58,619 nt of DNA from a virus (taxonomy: Duplodnaviria > Caudoviricetes). The notes under the pieces are model-generated. The model searched no databases, was not told the DNA's origin, and saw nothing but the letters and a program-made list of their open reading frames with translations. Within the stretch, counting starts at the first letter, position 1; every line of letters begins with the position of its first letter. A program made the position numbers and the translations under genes. Of this stretch, positions 44,566 to 53,424 are shown piece after piece. The stretch spans positions 1 to 58,619 of IMG/VR virus record IMGVR_UViG_3300036900_000065; one strand, written 5' to 3'.

Positions 44566-45351
44566 TCACCGCCGCTCGGGAGGGTGTCCCGCCGCTGCCT
44601 GCTTCCCACGCGCAATCGGTTCGCCCTTATACATTCCGGCCCCGCGCGCCGCAATTTCCGAGAACGGAACCTCGGGCACGGCGAGGCGGGCGCGCGCCGC
44701 CGGATTGAGGAAATAGATATAGCGCAGCATGAACCCCGGCAACGGCTCGCCCGCACTCGACCACAGGCCGCCGTTCTTCGAGAAATGGGCGAAGCGATCC
44801 TTGCCCGTGACTTGCGACATCTTGTGCCCGATGGTGCCGTCCGCGAAGCGCAGCACGTCCTTGTTGACCTTGATCTTCGTCAGGACGAAGCCCGACGCCC
44901 GATAGATCGTGCCGTCGCCGCACTGGCAGGCGTCCGCGAACGACACCACCCACTCGATGTGCGGATACGCCTTGCGGATCATCCTGAGCGCGATCCCCAA
45001 GGCGCGGCTCTCCGAATTGCGCGGCAGCACGTCCGAGAACGCCATCCGGTTTAATTCGAGAAAGGCGTTCCAGCCGGTGTCGCGCACCAGACCGACCACG
45101 TTCGACTTGTCGAGCGACGGGCCGAACTGCATGGCCCCCTCAAGCCGCCCGTTCAGGAACACGCCCAGCGACAATTGCGAGTTGCGCACGAACTTGCCCG
45201 AATAGTGGATGCGCCGCACCAAGGCGTCCGCATCGCGCTTCTCGATGGGCGCGATGCGGATGTCCTTCGCGGCGGCGGGCCGGACGCTTGCAGTCGCCCC
45301 TACAGTTTGAAGCACGTCGGTTCGTGCTGGCCCATTGGTCATTGCGCTCAC
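44566..45351 (-). CDS. mom: Mom-like DNA adenine modification protein (GNAT fold)
   Basis: HYSGK, LELNRM..SD.LPRNSESR, SFAD..QC..GTIYRASGF. Confidence 0.85.
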   Translation of the reverse strand: MSAMTNGPARTDVLQTVGATASVRPAAAKDIRIAPIEKRDADALVRRIHYSGKFVRNSQLSLGVFLNGRLEGAMQFGPSLDKSNVVGLVRDTGWNAFLELNRMAFSDVLPRNSESRALGIALRMIRKAYPHIEWVVSFADACQCGDGTIYRASGFVLTKIKVNKDVLRFADGTIGHKMSQVTGKDRFAHFSKNGGLWSSAGEPLPGFMLRYIYFLNPAARARLAVPEVPFSEIAARGAGMYKGEPIARGKQAAAGHPPERR

Positions 45352-45563
45352 AGAGGCTCCCCCTCCTCATGCTCAATCGCCAAAGGCGCGGCGGGCGGCA
45401 ACCGCTGGCGCGTCGGGGCGGGCCGGATGCGAAGCTCATGCGGCCTGCCGCCCATCATGCCGCGCCGCTCGACCTCGACCAGCGCCTCGGCCCGCCGCCG
45501 CTCCATCTCATGCCCGCGCCGCCGCCGCGCGCGCCACCATTGCAGGACCGCCACCACTGTCAT
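45348..45563 (-). CDS. Hypothetical protein
   Basis: Coupled ORF. Confidence 0.45.
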   Translation of the reverse strand: MTVVAVLQWWRARRRRGHEMERRRAEALVEVERRGMMGGRPHELRIRPAPTRQRLPPAAPLAIEHEEGEPL

Positions 45564-45763
45564 CGCATCCCCCACCACTTCGCCTGACACTCGTCGCAGA
45601 ATTGCGCCGCATGTCCATCGGCCTGCCACATGATCAGCGGCACGCTGTCCTCCGGGATCACGGCGGAGCAATACGAGCAGAGCGCCGATGGCGGGCTGTC
45701 CGGGCGGCCCCAATTCACCTTCGCCCAATCGAAGCCGGGGCGCGGCTCCAGCACAAAGCTCAA
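45560..45763 (-). CDS. Zn-finger protein
   Basis: CSYC..CDEC; coupled. Confidence 0.65.
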   Translation of the reverse strand: MSFVLEPRPGFDWAKVNWGRPDSPPSALCSYCSAVIPEDSVPLIMWQADGHAAQFCDECQAKWWGMR

Positions 45764-45915
45764 TTCCTGATCCCCAAAGCCAGCCCAATCTTGTCGAGCT
45801 TCTTGCCGTTCGCCTCGACCATCGCCTGAACCAAGTCAATTTTCGCTGACAGCGCGGCGATGGCGGCGCGAAGCGCCTTCACCGCCTCCCGCTCCGCTTC
45901 CTGCTGGTCGCTCAT
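45760..45915 (-). CDS. Small coiled-coil protein
   Basis: Coupled ORF. Confidence 0.55.
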   Translation of the reverse strand: MSDQQEAEREAVKALRAAIAALSAKIDLVQAMVEANGKKLDKIGLALGIRN

Positions 45916-46070
45916 TGCGCCTGCTCCCCGACATCGAGCCAAGTCTGCACCGCATCCAAGATCACCTCGGTCAATCGCGTCTCCGCGTCCCGGTCGCCGA
46001 CGATCCCCTCGCCCTCAAGCGCGATCTTCGCCAGCATCCACGCGACGTATTTCACCAGCTCCTGCTGCAC
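45912..46070 (-). CDS. 52-aa hypothetical protein (not in the ORF track)
   Basis: GTG start; fills the gap; stop overlaps the next ATG. Confidence 0.45.
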   Translation of the reverse strand: MQQELVKYVAWMLAKIALEGEGIVGDRDAETRLTEVILDAVQTWLDVGEQAQ

Positions 46071-46071
46071 C

Positions 46072-46797
46072 CTACCGCTCCGCCAGATAGGCCCGCGCCA
46101 GTTCCGCCAGCGCGTTGCCGTTCTGGTTCTTGTTGGCGTTCGCCTCCGATGGCGGCCCCAGCGCCAGCCCCGCCACCCGGATCGCCTCGGCCACCATGTC
46201 GGCCTGATGCGACAGCAGGAGGAACGTCATCTCGCGGAAGTCCGACCGCGCCCCCGTCGCCAGATCGGGCAGCGCCCCCAGCGCCTCGACCCCTATCGCC
46301 ATCTCGCGCAGGTCTTTCTCGTCGAAGCCCAGCGTGCCCAGCGCGAAGCCCTGATCGTACAGGTCGCTCAATTCGAGCCGCAACGTCTCCGCGTCCCAGC
46401 CCGCGTTCTCCGCGATCCGATTGTCCGCGATCACGTAGGCCCGCTTCTGCGCGTCCGTCCATCCGCGCGCCACCAGCACCGGGATCATCCCCGCCGGGAT
46501 GTCCTCGCCCGTCACCATTCGGATCACCCCCGGCGGACGCCCGTCCTCCCCGGCATAGATCAAATCGGCGGCCCGCACCCGCCCATGGCCCGCCACAATC
46601 TCCCCGGAGGGGTCGATCAGCACCGGCATCGTCCAGCCGAACTCGCGCATCGACCCCGCAATTTCCAGCACCTGCTCCGCCGTATGAGTGCGCGAATTGC
46701 GCGCATAGGGCCGCAATTCCGCAATCGGGCGGCCCTCCAGCGGCCCGCTGCCGCCGATTATCGTCGCAATTTCAAGGTTTTGCTCGGTCGTTTCCAT
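46072..46797 (-). CDS. ParB/Srx-like domain protein
   Basis: L.PYARNSRTH, S..EFGW..PVL, IVAGHGR..AA, YVIADNR..E.AGWD. Confidence 0.88.
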   Translation of the reverse strand: METTEQNLEIATIIGGSGPLEGRPIAELRPYARNSRTHTAEQVLEIAGSMREFGWTMPVLIDPSGEIVAGHGRVRAADLIYAGEDGRPPGVIRMVTGEDIPAGMIPVLVARGWTDAQKRAYVIADNRIAENAGWDAETLRLELSDLYDQGFALGTLGFDEKDLREMAIGVEALGALPDLATGARSDFREMTFLLLSHQADMVAEAIRVAGLALGPPSEANANKNQNGNALAELARAYLAER

Positions 46798-46975
46798 GTT
46801 TCCGCCGCAAGCCAAGCCGGTTTTACAGTCCCCGAGATACTTTTAGGGGATGCCGCCGCGCCGTCCCCGCATCGTTCCATGGCCCCCATAGTACCTTGTG
46901 GATGGGCACTGGCGGCCTTCCGCTTGGGATGGGCCTGCCCTAGCTCCCCGGCCCGCGATGGCCGCCCATGGCCCA

Positions 46976-47563
46976 TTAGCGGCGCGTCCTCATCGCCTTT
47001 TCGACCGCCAATGGGAGGGTGCGGAGCAACTCACGGCGCATGGAGGCCTCGAAGTCCTCATAGAAGGGCACGCGCTTGGGGATGCGGGTTTGCGGCTTGA
47101 GCGTGTAGACCAGCTTGAGCCTGCCCTTGCCGTCGCGGGTGTAGAGCTTCCCCTGCTTGCGGAACGAGTTGACAAGGTTGGCGGGCTTCAGTCGCTTCGG
47201 CACGCCATGCGGGCCGCGCGGCACGTCCGACGCCGGGATGGCGAGGTTCGACCCACGCAGCGGCGTCTTCATTCCGCCCCTCGCCTGCATCTGCAGATTG
47301 CCCCTGTCCAGCTTGTCGTAAATCTCCACCGATAGCGACGACTTCGAGGCGCGGCTGTCCCGTGTGGTCAGCGATGCGGCGATGAACGACGAATTGCGAG
47401 CGTGCACGGCTCCCGGCCATGTCTGCCGGATCAGGAGGTTGCGCGTCACCTCCGCCGACCTGTTCAACGCCAGCGCCAGCGCATAGGGCACTTGATCCGC
47501 CGCCGCGCCAAGGCTGCGCGCCACCTGCTCCGCGTTCAGATAGCCGATCTCGACCTTGAACAT
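46976..47563 (-). CDS. Lambda gpZ-like neck/tail completion protein
   Basis: QVPYALALALNR.A ... basic; F......L..A.....R C-terminus. Confidence 0.6.
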   Translation of the reverse strand: MFKVEIGYLNAEQVARSLGAAADQVPYALALALNRSAEVTRNLLIRQTWPGAVHARNSSFIAASLTTRDSRASKSSLSVEIYDKLDRGNLQMQARGGMKTPLRGSNLAIPASDVPRGPHGVPKRLKPANLVNSFRKQGKLYTRDGKGRLKLVYTLKPQTRIPKRVPFYEDFEASMRRELLRTLPLAVEKAMRTRR

Positions 47564-47571
47564 TTCACTGC

Positions 47572-48129
47572 TCACGCATGGAGGCGCGCGGATAGGGCCG
47601 CCAATTCCACGGGCGTCAAATCCCACGCAGCCACGACCACCCACATGTCGCTGCGCCCGATGCGCCGCAGCAGCAGCGGATCGACCGGCGGCTTGCGCGA
47701 CCATTCGGCCTCAAACAGGATGTGATAGTTCTCGATCCCGCGCTTGGGTCGCAGATGGATTGGGACGAGCGGCGTCTGCGCCTCGAACGACCATCGCCCC
47801 GGCGGCGTCTTGAACCCCGGCCACGGGACCGCGATCTTCCGGCTGCGCCATCCGCGCCCGTCGTGGAAATGCGCCTCGTCGCGATCCCAGCGCAAGATGC
47901 AGACCGGCGCGTCGGCCCGCACGATGGCGAGCTTCGGCAACCCTTCCGCGTTCAATCCTGCTTCGACAATCGCGCGGCCCGCGTTGATGATGACCTTGCC
48001 CTGCGCGATGAGTTGATAGGCGCGCTGGACTTCACGGTCGATGGGCTGGCTGTAGTGCTGGTGCGTCTTGTAGGCGCGATACAGTTCCAGCGCCTTGCCG
48101 CGTTCGATCTCGATGGGCTGCACGTCCAT
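47572..48129 (-). CDS. Conserved phage hypothetical protein
   Basis: AAGGAGG RBS; PKLAI.RAD, YHILFEAEW, DPLLL, WDLT. Confidence 0.75.
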   Translation of the reverse strand: MDVQPIEIERGKALELYRAYKTHQHYSQPIDREVQRAYQLIAQGKVIINAGRAIVEAGLNAEGLPKLAIVRADAPVCILRWDRDEAHFHDGRGWRSRKIAVPWPGFKTPPGRWSFEAQTPLVPIHLRPKRGIENYHILFEAEWSRKPPVDPLLLRRIGRSDMWVVVAAWDLTPVELAALSARLHA

Positions 48130-48150
48130 GGTCGCCTCCTTGGTGGATAT

Positions 48151-48233
48151 GGAAGGGGCGACGATTGCGGCACCGCCGCCCCCTCCTCGGTTGGCGCGCA
48201 GATGCGGAGCAAGCAGACATGCGCGCGGCCCGA
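48151..48233 (-). ncRNA. Second candidate anti-RBS stem-loop element
   Basis: Stem GCGCGCA/TGCGCGC with loop CTGCTTGCTCC, then a 14-bp GC stem; G-U pairs favour the - strand. Confidence 0.5.
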
Positions 48234-48235
48234 TC

Positions 48236-48553
48236 TCATGCGTCCGCCACCGCGCATTCAAGCGAGCAGTAGACGGCTGGCCCCTGATACGTCTTGCCGC
48301 AACGGTCGCAGGCGCGCGGCTCGAAGGCGTCGTCGACATAGGCGCTGATCGCGTCGGTCCACATCGCCGGGGATGTCCGCCGATAGCGGTGCGCGATCCT
48401 CGGCCCGACATAGATCGCCACCTCGCGTGCATTGCCCGCCCATGCGATGCACTCGTTCACCATGTAAGGCGTGCCGGGTTCGTAGCGGAAGGTCATCGTG
48501 TTCTCGGCCATGTCGTGCGTGACGCTGACCAGCCCCTGCTCGATTGCGATCAT
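48236..48553 (-). CDS. Hypothetical protein with C-terminal Zn finger
   Basis: CDRC...YCS.EC. Confidence 0.6.
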   Translation of the reverse strand: MIAIEQGLVSVTHDMAENTMTFRYEPGTPYMVNECIAWAGNAREVAIYVGPRIAHRYRRTSPAMWTDAISAYVDDAFEPRACDRCGKTYQGPAVYCSLECAVADA

Positions 48554-48774
48554 TGCACGACCCTCGGTTCAGCCATCCCGACCAGTGCGTCATCCAGCCG
48601 CTTGACCCGCTCGACCGTCGCCAGCGCCGCCTGCATCCGGGCCACCTGATAATCGGCAATCGCCTGCCGCAACTTGCCCTGCGCGACCAGCCGGGGATAG
48701 ACGCGCTCGCGCTGCTTCAATTCGCGCTTGAGTTCGTCAATCTGCTCATTGAGCGTGACGACCACTTCACCCAT
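48550..48774 (-). CDS. Conserved phage hypothetical protein
   Basis: QI.E.KREL..RERVYPR.V..GK. Confidence 0.75.
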   Translation of the reverse strand: MGEVVVTLNEQIDELKRELKQRERVYPRLVAQGKLRQAIADYQVARMQAALATVERVKRLDDALVGMAEPRVVQ

Positions 48775-48982
48775 CGCCCTGCTCCGCGATCCACTGCTGC
48801 ACCGCCTTCGCGGCGTCGATGTAGGCGGGCGAAGGCGTCTTGCTGATCTCCTGCCCCGGAACATAGGCGGCCCAGATGCGATTGCGAAGACGCTGCGGCA
48901 ACTGATACCAGTGCGCGCGGCACCCCCACATTCGGGGCGGCGTCTCGATTGGACATCCCGGCCAATGACAGGTGTGGCTCAT
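48767..48982 (-). CDS. Cys/His small protein
   Basis: HTCHWPGC...CRAHW..LP. Confidence 0.75.
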   Translation of the reverse strand: MSHTCHWPGCPIETPPRMWGCRAHWYQLPQRLRNRIWAAYVPGQEISKTPSPAYIDAAKAVQQWIAEQGDG

Positions 48983-49008
48983 TCAGCGGCTCCGCTCCCG
49001 CCCTTATC

Positions 49009-50583
49009 TTATCTTTCCGGCCCGAACGCAACCTTGAGCGGATGCGCCTCGCTGCCGCCCGTGCCGATGATCGGGGCGGCCTTCGCCTTGCCGCGCACGA
49101 ACGCGATCATCCGGCTCTTGATCCAGCTTGCCGTCGCCTTGCCGGGATTGATCGGCTGGACGTGTTTCATGTCGTGCGCGGGCCACGTCCCGATCCGCTC
49201 GCGGTACTGGTTCGCCGCCCAGCCGGTCCTATAGCCGCGCATGAGCTCGTGGCCGCGCAGCTCGGCATAGAACACCAGCTTGTCCTGATGCGTCACCGGC
49301 TCGCCCGCGACCTTGGCCTTCTTCGGCTTCGGCTTGAGAATGCGAAGCTCGCCCGCCTCAACCAGCACGGTGCATTGAACCTCGGCCTTGAACCCGCACA
49401 TGGGGCACACCGCCATCCGGGGCGGCTTGAGATAGTGGCATGACGGGCAATCCTTCGGCAGGCGGATCGCCTCGGTGCGGTTCGAGTGCGCGGGCGTCTT
49501 GCCGTCATGCAGGCCGACATAGCTCACGTCGATGTCCGTCACCTTGCCCAGCCGGTTGTGGTTGTCCGAATGATCGAGGATCAGGCAATGGTCCTTCGGC
49601 TCGGAGCCGGGAGGCGCAAGGCGCAATCCGCGCCCGACGATCTGCACGAACAGCATGTCGCTCTTGGTCGGACGGTTCATCGAGATGCAGCGCACATCCC
49701 AATCAATGCCGACCGTCAAGGTGCCGATATTGACCACCACCTTAACCTCGCCCGAATGGAACGCAGACTTGATCCGCGCCCGCTCGTCGTCCTTGGTGAA
49801 GGCGTCCTGATAGGCGCATGGCACGCCCGCCGCTTCGAACTTCTCCTGCAAGTGCCGGGCGTGCGCCCGATCAACCGCATAGCACAGCGTCTTGTCGCGG
49901 CCCCACAATTCCTGCCACGTCTTGACCGCATCGCCCACCAGCTTCGGTTGCGACATGCGCTCCGATAGCTGCCCCTCATGATAGTCGCCGCCAACCGTCT
50001 TGATGTCGTCCAGTTCCGGGTGATCGGGCGCGTAGACCTCGAAGGGCGACAGGTGGCCCGCGTCGATCATTTCCTGCGTCGTCGCCGCGCGATAGAAATG
50101 GTCGAACCAAGACCCCAGCCCCTTGGTCCACGGCGTGGCGCTCAATCCGATCATCGGCACGTTCGCCCATGCGGGCATGTGATCCTTGGAGAGCCACTTC
50201 TCGTAAAAAGAGAACCATTTGTGGACCTCATCGAGCAGCACGATGTCGGCCTGCGGCAGTTCGCGCTTCATCAGCGTCTGGATCGACGCCACCTGCACCG
50301 GCTTCGACCAATCGGTCATGTGATGCGAGGCTTGGATCACCCCGACGTCATAGATGCCCTGCGAATAGAACATCTGCACCGTCTGATCGACCAAGCTGAT
50401 CGCAGGCACGGTGAACAGAACCTTCTTGCCCTTGGCCCGCGCGCTCTCCGTGATGGCCGACGCAATGACCGTCTTGCCGATGCCGGTCGGGGCCTGCATA
50501 CATATGCGCCGCTTCCGCTCCGCGACTGCGCTCCGCAACGCGCCAATGACTTCGTGCTGATCGGTCCTGAGCTCAAAGCGCAT
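49009..50583 (-). CDS. SF2 DEAD/DEAH-box helicase with Zn finger
   Basis: APTGIGKT, DEVH, LSATP, QIVGRGLR, CPSC..CPMC. Confidence 0.95.
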   Translation of the reverse strand: MRFELRTDQHEVIGALRSAVAERKRRICMQAPTGIGKTVIASAITESARAKGKKVLFTVPAISLVDQTVQMFYSQGIYDVGVIQASHHMTDWSKPVQVASIQTLMKRELPQADIVLLDEVHKWFSFYEKWLSKDHMPAWANVPMIGLSATPWTKGLGSWFDHFYRAATTQEMIDAGHLSPFEVYAPDHPELDDIKTVGGDYHEGQLSERMSQPKLVGDAVKTWQELWGRDKTLCYAVDRAHARHLQEKFEAAGVPCAYQDAFTKDDERARIKSAFHSGEVKVVVNIGTLTVGIDWDVRCISMNRPTKSDMLFVQIVGRGLRLAPPGSEPKDHCLILDHSDNHNRLGKVTDIDVSYVGLHDGKTPAHSNRTEAIRLPKDCPSCHYLKPPRMAVCPMCGFKAEVQCTVLVEAGELRILKPKPKKAKVAGEPVTHQDKLVFYAELRGHELMRGYRTGWAANQYRERIGTWPAHDMKHVQPINPGKATASWIKSRMIAFVRGKAKAAPIIGTGGSEAHPLKVAFGPER

Positions 50584-50782
50584 TGGCGCGGCCTCCCATG
50601 CGCTGCTTGAGTGCCGACAGCACTTCCATTGCTTCCGCTCTTTCCGTTTCGTAGCTGGTTCTCGCCGTCGTGCTTAAGGTCGGATCGCCACGGATCAGCC
50701 TGTCTGCCTTCTCTATGGCGGCTTCAATTTTGTAGGCGGCCAGCGCGTCAGCGTTGTGTTTGCCGTCGATCAACTCACGCAT
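50573..50782 (-). CDS. Hypothetical protein
   Basis: Overlap-coupled ORF. Confidence 0.55.
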   Translation of the reverse strand: MRELIDGKHNADALAAYKIEAAIEKADRLIRGDPTLSTTARTSYETERAEAMEVLSALKQRMGGRANAL

Positions 50783-50993
50783 TGCCCGCCACCTCCATGC
50801 GCCGCATGAACAAGGCCACCACCTCGTCCTTTTTCGCCCGCTTCGCTTCGAACGCGGCCCACTCCGCTGCGGTCACACTCGGATCGTTCAGCATCAATTC
50901 CTCGGCCTTGGCGAAGGCCTCCTCGACTTCATGGATGCGCAGCGCCGCGATTGAGTTCGCCAGCGCGTCCATGTGGTCGGCGTAGTCAGACAT
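50775..50993 (-). CDS. Hypothetical protein
   Basis: GGAG RBS; coupled. Confidence 0.55.
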   Translation of the reverse strand: MSDYADHMDALANSIAALRIHEVEEAFAKAEELMLNDPSVTAAEWAAFEAKRAKKDEVVALFMRRMEVAGNA

Positions 50994-51336
50994 CGACCGG
51001 CTCCCCGCCATGCCAGCGCAGCCCGTCGAGCGACGGGTCGGGCGCATGATCCTCAAGCTCGGCCAGCAGCGCCTTGAGGCCGCCGATCTTCCTCATCCCC
51101 ACGTCATAGTCGCGCTGGGCGATGCTGCCCGCCGCGAGCAACGTCGCGCCCATCTCGCTGTCGCTCTCGATGAAGTCGCGCAGGGCGTCGATGAGATTGG
51201 TCAGCGCCTCGGGCCAATGCAGCGGACGCTCGATCATGCGGGTGCGCTCCTCTTGCCGTCCTTGCTCGCGGGCCACTTGCATCAACAAATCGACCGTGCT
51301 GTCGCAGCCCACCGCGAAGCGAACATGCTCTTTCAT
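50986..51336 (-). CDS. Hypothetical protein
   Basis: ATG at 51336, coupled. Confidence 0.55.
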   Translation of the reverse strand: MKEHVRFAVGCDSTVDLLMQVAREQGRQEERTRMIERPLHWPEALTNLIDALRDFIESDSEMGATLLAAGSIAQRDYDVGMRKIGGLKALLAELEDHAPDPSLDGLRWHGGEPVDV

Positions 51337-51575
51337 GACTTCTCTCCATGCGGATGCTCGCGGACCCATTGCGCTTCGGGCGCAAGGCCCGATGACGATC
51401 GGCTGCCCTTGAGCATTTCCTCGATCCGCGCCTGCTCGCGCGCCGACATGCGGTTTGGCCGGATGATGTAGAGATCGTCCTCGAAGCGATGGCAGCGCCC
51501 GCAATAGCGGTGCGCCTTGTCGTGCGTGGAGTAGCTCTCGGCGCGGCACATCCCGCAGACATACGGCTCCATCAC
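51333..51575 (-). CDS. Zn-finger protein
   Basis: CGMC...YCGRCH. Confidence 0.65.
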   Translation of the reverse strand: MMEPYVCGMCRAESYSTHDKAHRYCGRCHRFEDDLYIIRPNRMSAREQARIEEMLKGSRSSSGLAPEAQWVREHPHGEKS

Positions 51576-52489
51576 GCCTCCCTATCCGCCCAATCCGTGC
51601 CCGCCTTATCAGGGACGCGCACTTCGACCTGCAAGTCAACCTTATCTTTTTGGGCCTCAAGCGCAAGCCTGCGCGCCAGCGTAAGAGCCGCCTGCTGGCC
51701 GACGAAATTCAGATCGTTGTCGCCATAGACGATCACCCGCTTGGTCCCCAACGGCGGTCGCCATCGTTGCAGCAAGACCTCGGATGTCGTCGCCCACACC
51801 GGATGACCGAAGCGCGCCATCGCCGCCAGCGCCGTCTCGATGCCCTCGGCCACGCCCATCGTCGTCGACGCCGGGGCGAGGCGGATCGCGCCGCCCGCCG
51901 GGATTGATCCGGGCCAGAACATCCGCACCGGCATGAGCGCAGCCTTGCGCCCATCGGCGGTCAGGTAGGTGCGATGGATCGTCGCCCCCTTGCCGCTGGC
52001 GTCCGAATAGACCGCGAGCATCCCCGGATGTCGCCCGCCAGAACGGTGTTTCAGATCAGGATGGAACCGCAACGATTTCGGCGCGAGGGCCATGATGTCG
52101 ATGCCCCGCCCCGCCATATAGCGGGCCACCGGGTCGCCATCGGCGACCGGCAGCGAGGCTTGGTAGAGATCGCGCAAGGCGGCGCGGGCGGGCACCCACT
52201 CGCGGCGGCGCTTGGGCGGCGGCAGGTTGCCCAGCACCCCATCGACCTCGGTCATCGCCCGCTTGAAGTCCCAGCCGTTGAGAAGGCACAGAAGTTTCAG
52301 CCCCCTCCCCGCGCCACACTGCGAGCAGAAATAATCCCCTTGGCCGCGCACGTCGGTGAAGCGGAACCGATCCTTGCCGCCGCATGACGGGCAGGCTTGG
52401 TGCTGGCCGTTCAGGACTTTGATGGGCACGCCCAGCGCGGGCAATATCTCCCGCCATCGCCCCTCCGCCGCTACGATGGTGTCTGTCAT
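51572..52489 (-). CDS. DNA primase (Zn-binding domain + TOPRIM)
   Basis: CPSCGGKDRFRF..CSQCG, IHRTYL, VAEGIETA, GDND...GQ.AA. Confidence 0.92.
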   Translation of the reverse strand: MTDTIVAAEGRWREILPALGVPIKVLNGQHQACPSCGGKDRFRFTDVRGQGDYFCSQCGAGRGLKLLCLLNGWDFKRAMTEVDGVLGNLPPPKRRREWVPARAALRDLYQASLPVADGDPVARYMAGRGIDIMALAPKSLRFHPDLKHRSGGRHPGMLAVYSDASGKGATIHRTYLTADGRKAALMPVRMFWPGSIPAGGAIRLAPASTTMGVAEGIETALAAMARFGHPVWATTSEVLLQRWRPPLGTKRVIVYGDNDLNFVGQQAALTLARRLALEAQKDKVDLQVEVRVPDKAGTDWADREA

Positions 52490-52686
52490 TCGAGCGCGCG
52501 CGGATTGGTGCCCTTCGCCCTTGGGTTCGTTCCATTGGCGCGCGAGTTGGTCCCCGCCGCGCGTTGCTTCCCCGGCGGCAGCGGAGCGCCGCCAACCCAC
52601 CGATGCTTCCAATGCTTGCGGCCTGCCTTGTCGAACCAGACCGTGAGTTTCAATTCCGCCCCGTCTGCGCTGCGTCGATTTGCCAT
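52486..52686 (-). CDS. Small basic protein with GTN(P/S)RA repeats
   Basis: GAGGG RBS; three 7-aa repeats; coupled to the primase. Confidence 0.5.
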   Translation of the reverse strand: MANRRSADGAELKLTVWFDKAGRKHWKHRWVGGAPLPPGKQRAAGTNSRANGTNPRAKGTNPRALE

Positions 52687-52704
52687 TTTCGCCCTCGCGC
52701 ATCT

Positions 52705-53260
52705 GCTAATGTTCTAAGTGAGTTGCTATGTTTGTAAGTAAGTAGATAAGTTCCTCTTTCCTGAACTGCCTCTTCCTCCTCCCTTCCAGTCCCCCTCCCC
52801 ATCCAATGCCCACCCCTCGTCGGGCATGGGTTCTCGTTCCGCCGGATGGCGGTTCGAGAAGACTTGGTGGCGGTAGGGGACCGGATGCGCTGGCCGTCGC
52901 GCCTCCCGATCTGAAATTTTCCGGCTCGCGTGTCAGATCAGGGCAAGCCCTCAGTCCCACGTGCGATCCTGCGGGCTTGACGGTGCGTAAAAGCGGGACT
53001 ATTTCTAGTGCTAGTCCCGCTCGGTCTGCACGCACCGTCGAGTACCGGATCAGATGGCCCCTCGGCTTACACCGCTGGGGCCATCGCCGTTTTGAAGACT
53101 GCGCCCGCCGCTCCTGATTTGGCAAGCGCCGCGTCACCAATCGGTCATAAATTTTTCTCTTGTCCAACGCCTAGTGGCTCGCGCGCACCGGACCCACTAC
53201 TCGTTGAGTTGTCCCCGTCGAGTTATCCCCAGCGATGGGTCAACACCATTGACTTTCCGC
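52705..53260. other. Structured non-coding region, candidate origin or ncRNA
   Basis: AT-rich and polypyrimidine tracts plus at least 6 hairpins; no convincing ORF. Confidence 0.45.
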
Positions 53261-53298
53261 GCCGCGTCGGCTGGGGCCGCGCGCCGTTTTTCCCCCGA

Positions 53299-53371
53299 TG
53301 ATAAGACGATCTTCGCGACGATAAGAATGACTTACATGGGGCTTGCCATTTCCCACGGAATGCGCCACCTC
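53299..53371 (+). promoter_or_regulatory. Promoter with two upstream AAG-N5-CTT operators
   Basis: TGATAAG-ACGAT-CTTCGCG, CGATAAG-AATGA-CTTACAT, TTGCCA-N17-CACCTC. Confidence 0.6.
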
Positions 53372-53424
53372 CCGACCCACGCAGACCGCCAATCCGGCAC
53401 CCTGCGTTGATAAGGAGCAAGGTA

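Noticed and set aside
46072-46797. Plasmid partition system
   Set aside because: No ParA; this ParB/Srx type is the one usually linked to phage DNA-modification genes
52706-53167. 153-aa ORF as a replication initiator
   Set aside because: TTG start, no RBS or recognisable motif, and it overlaps dense hairpins
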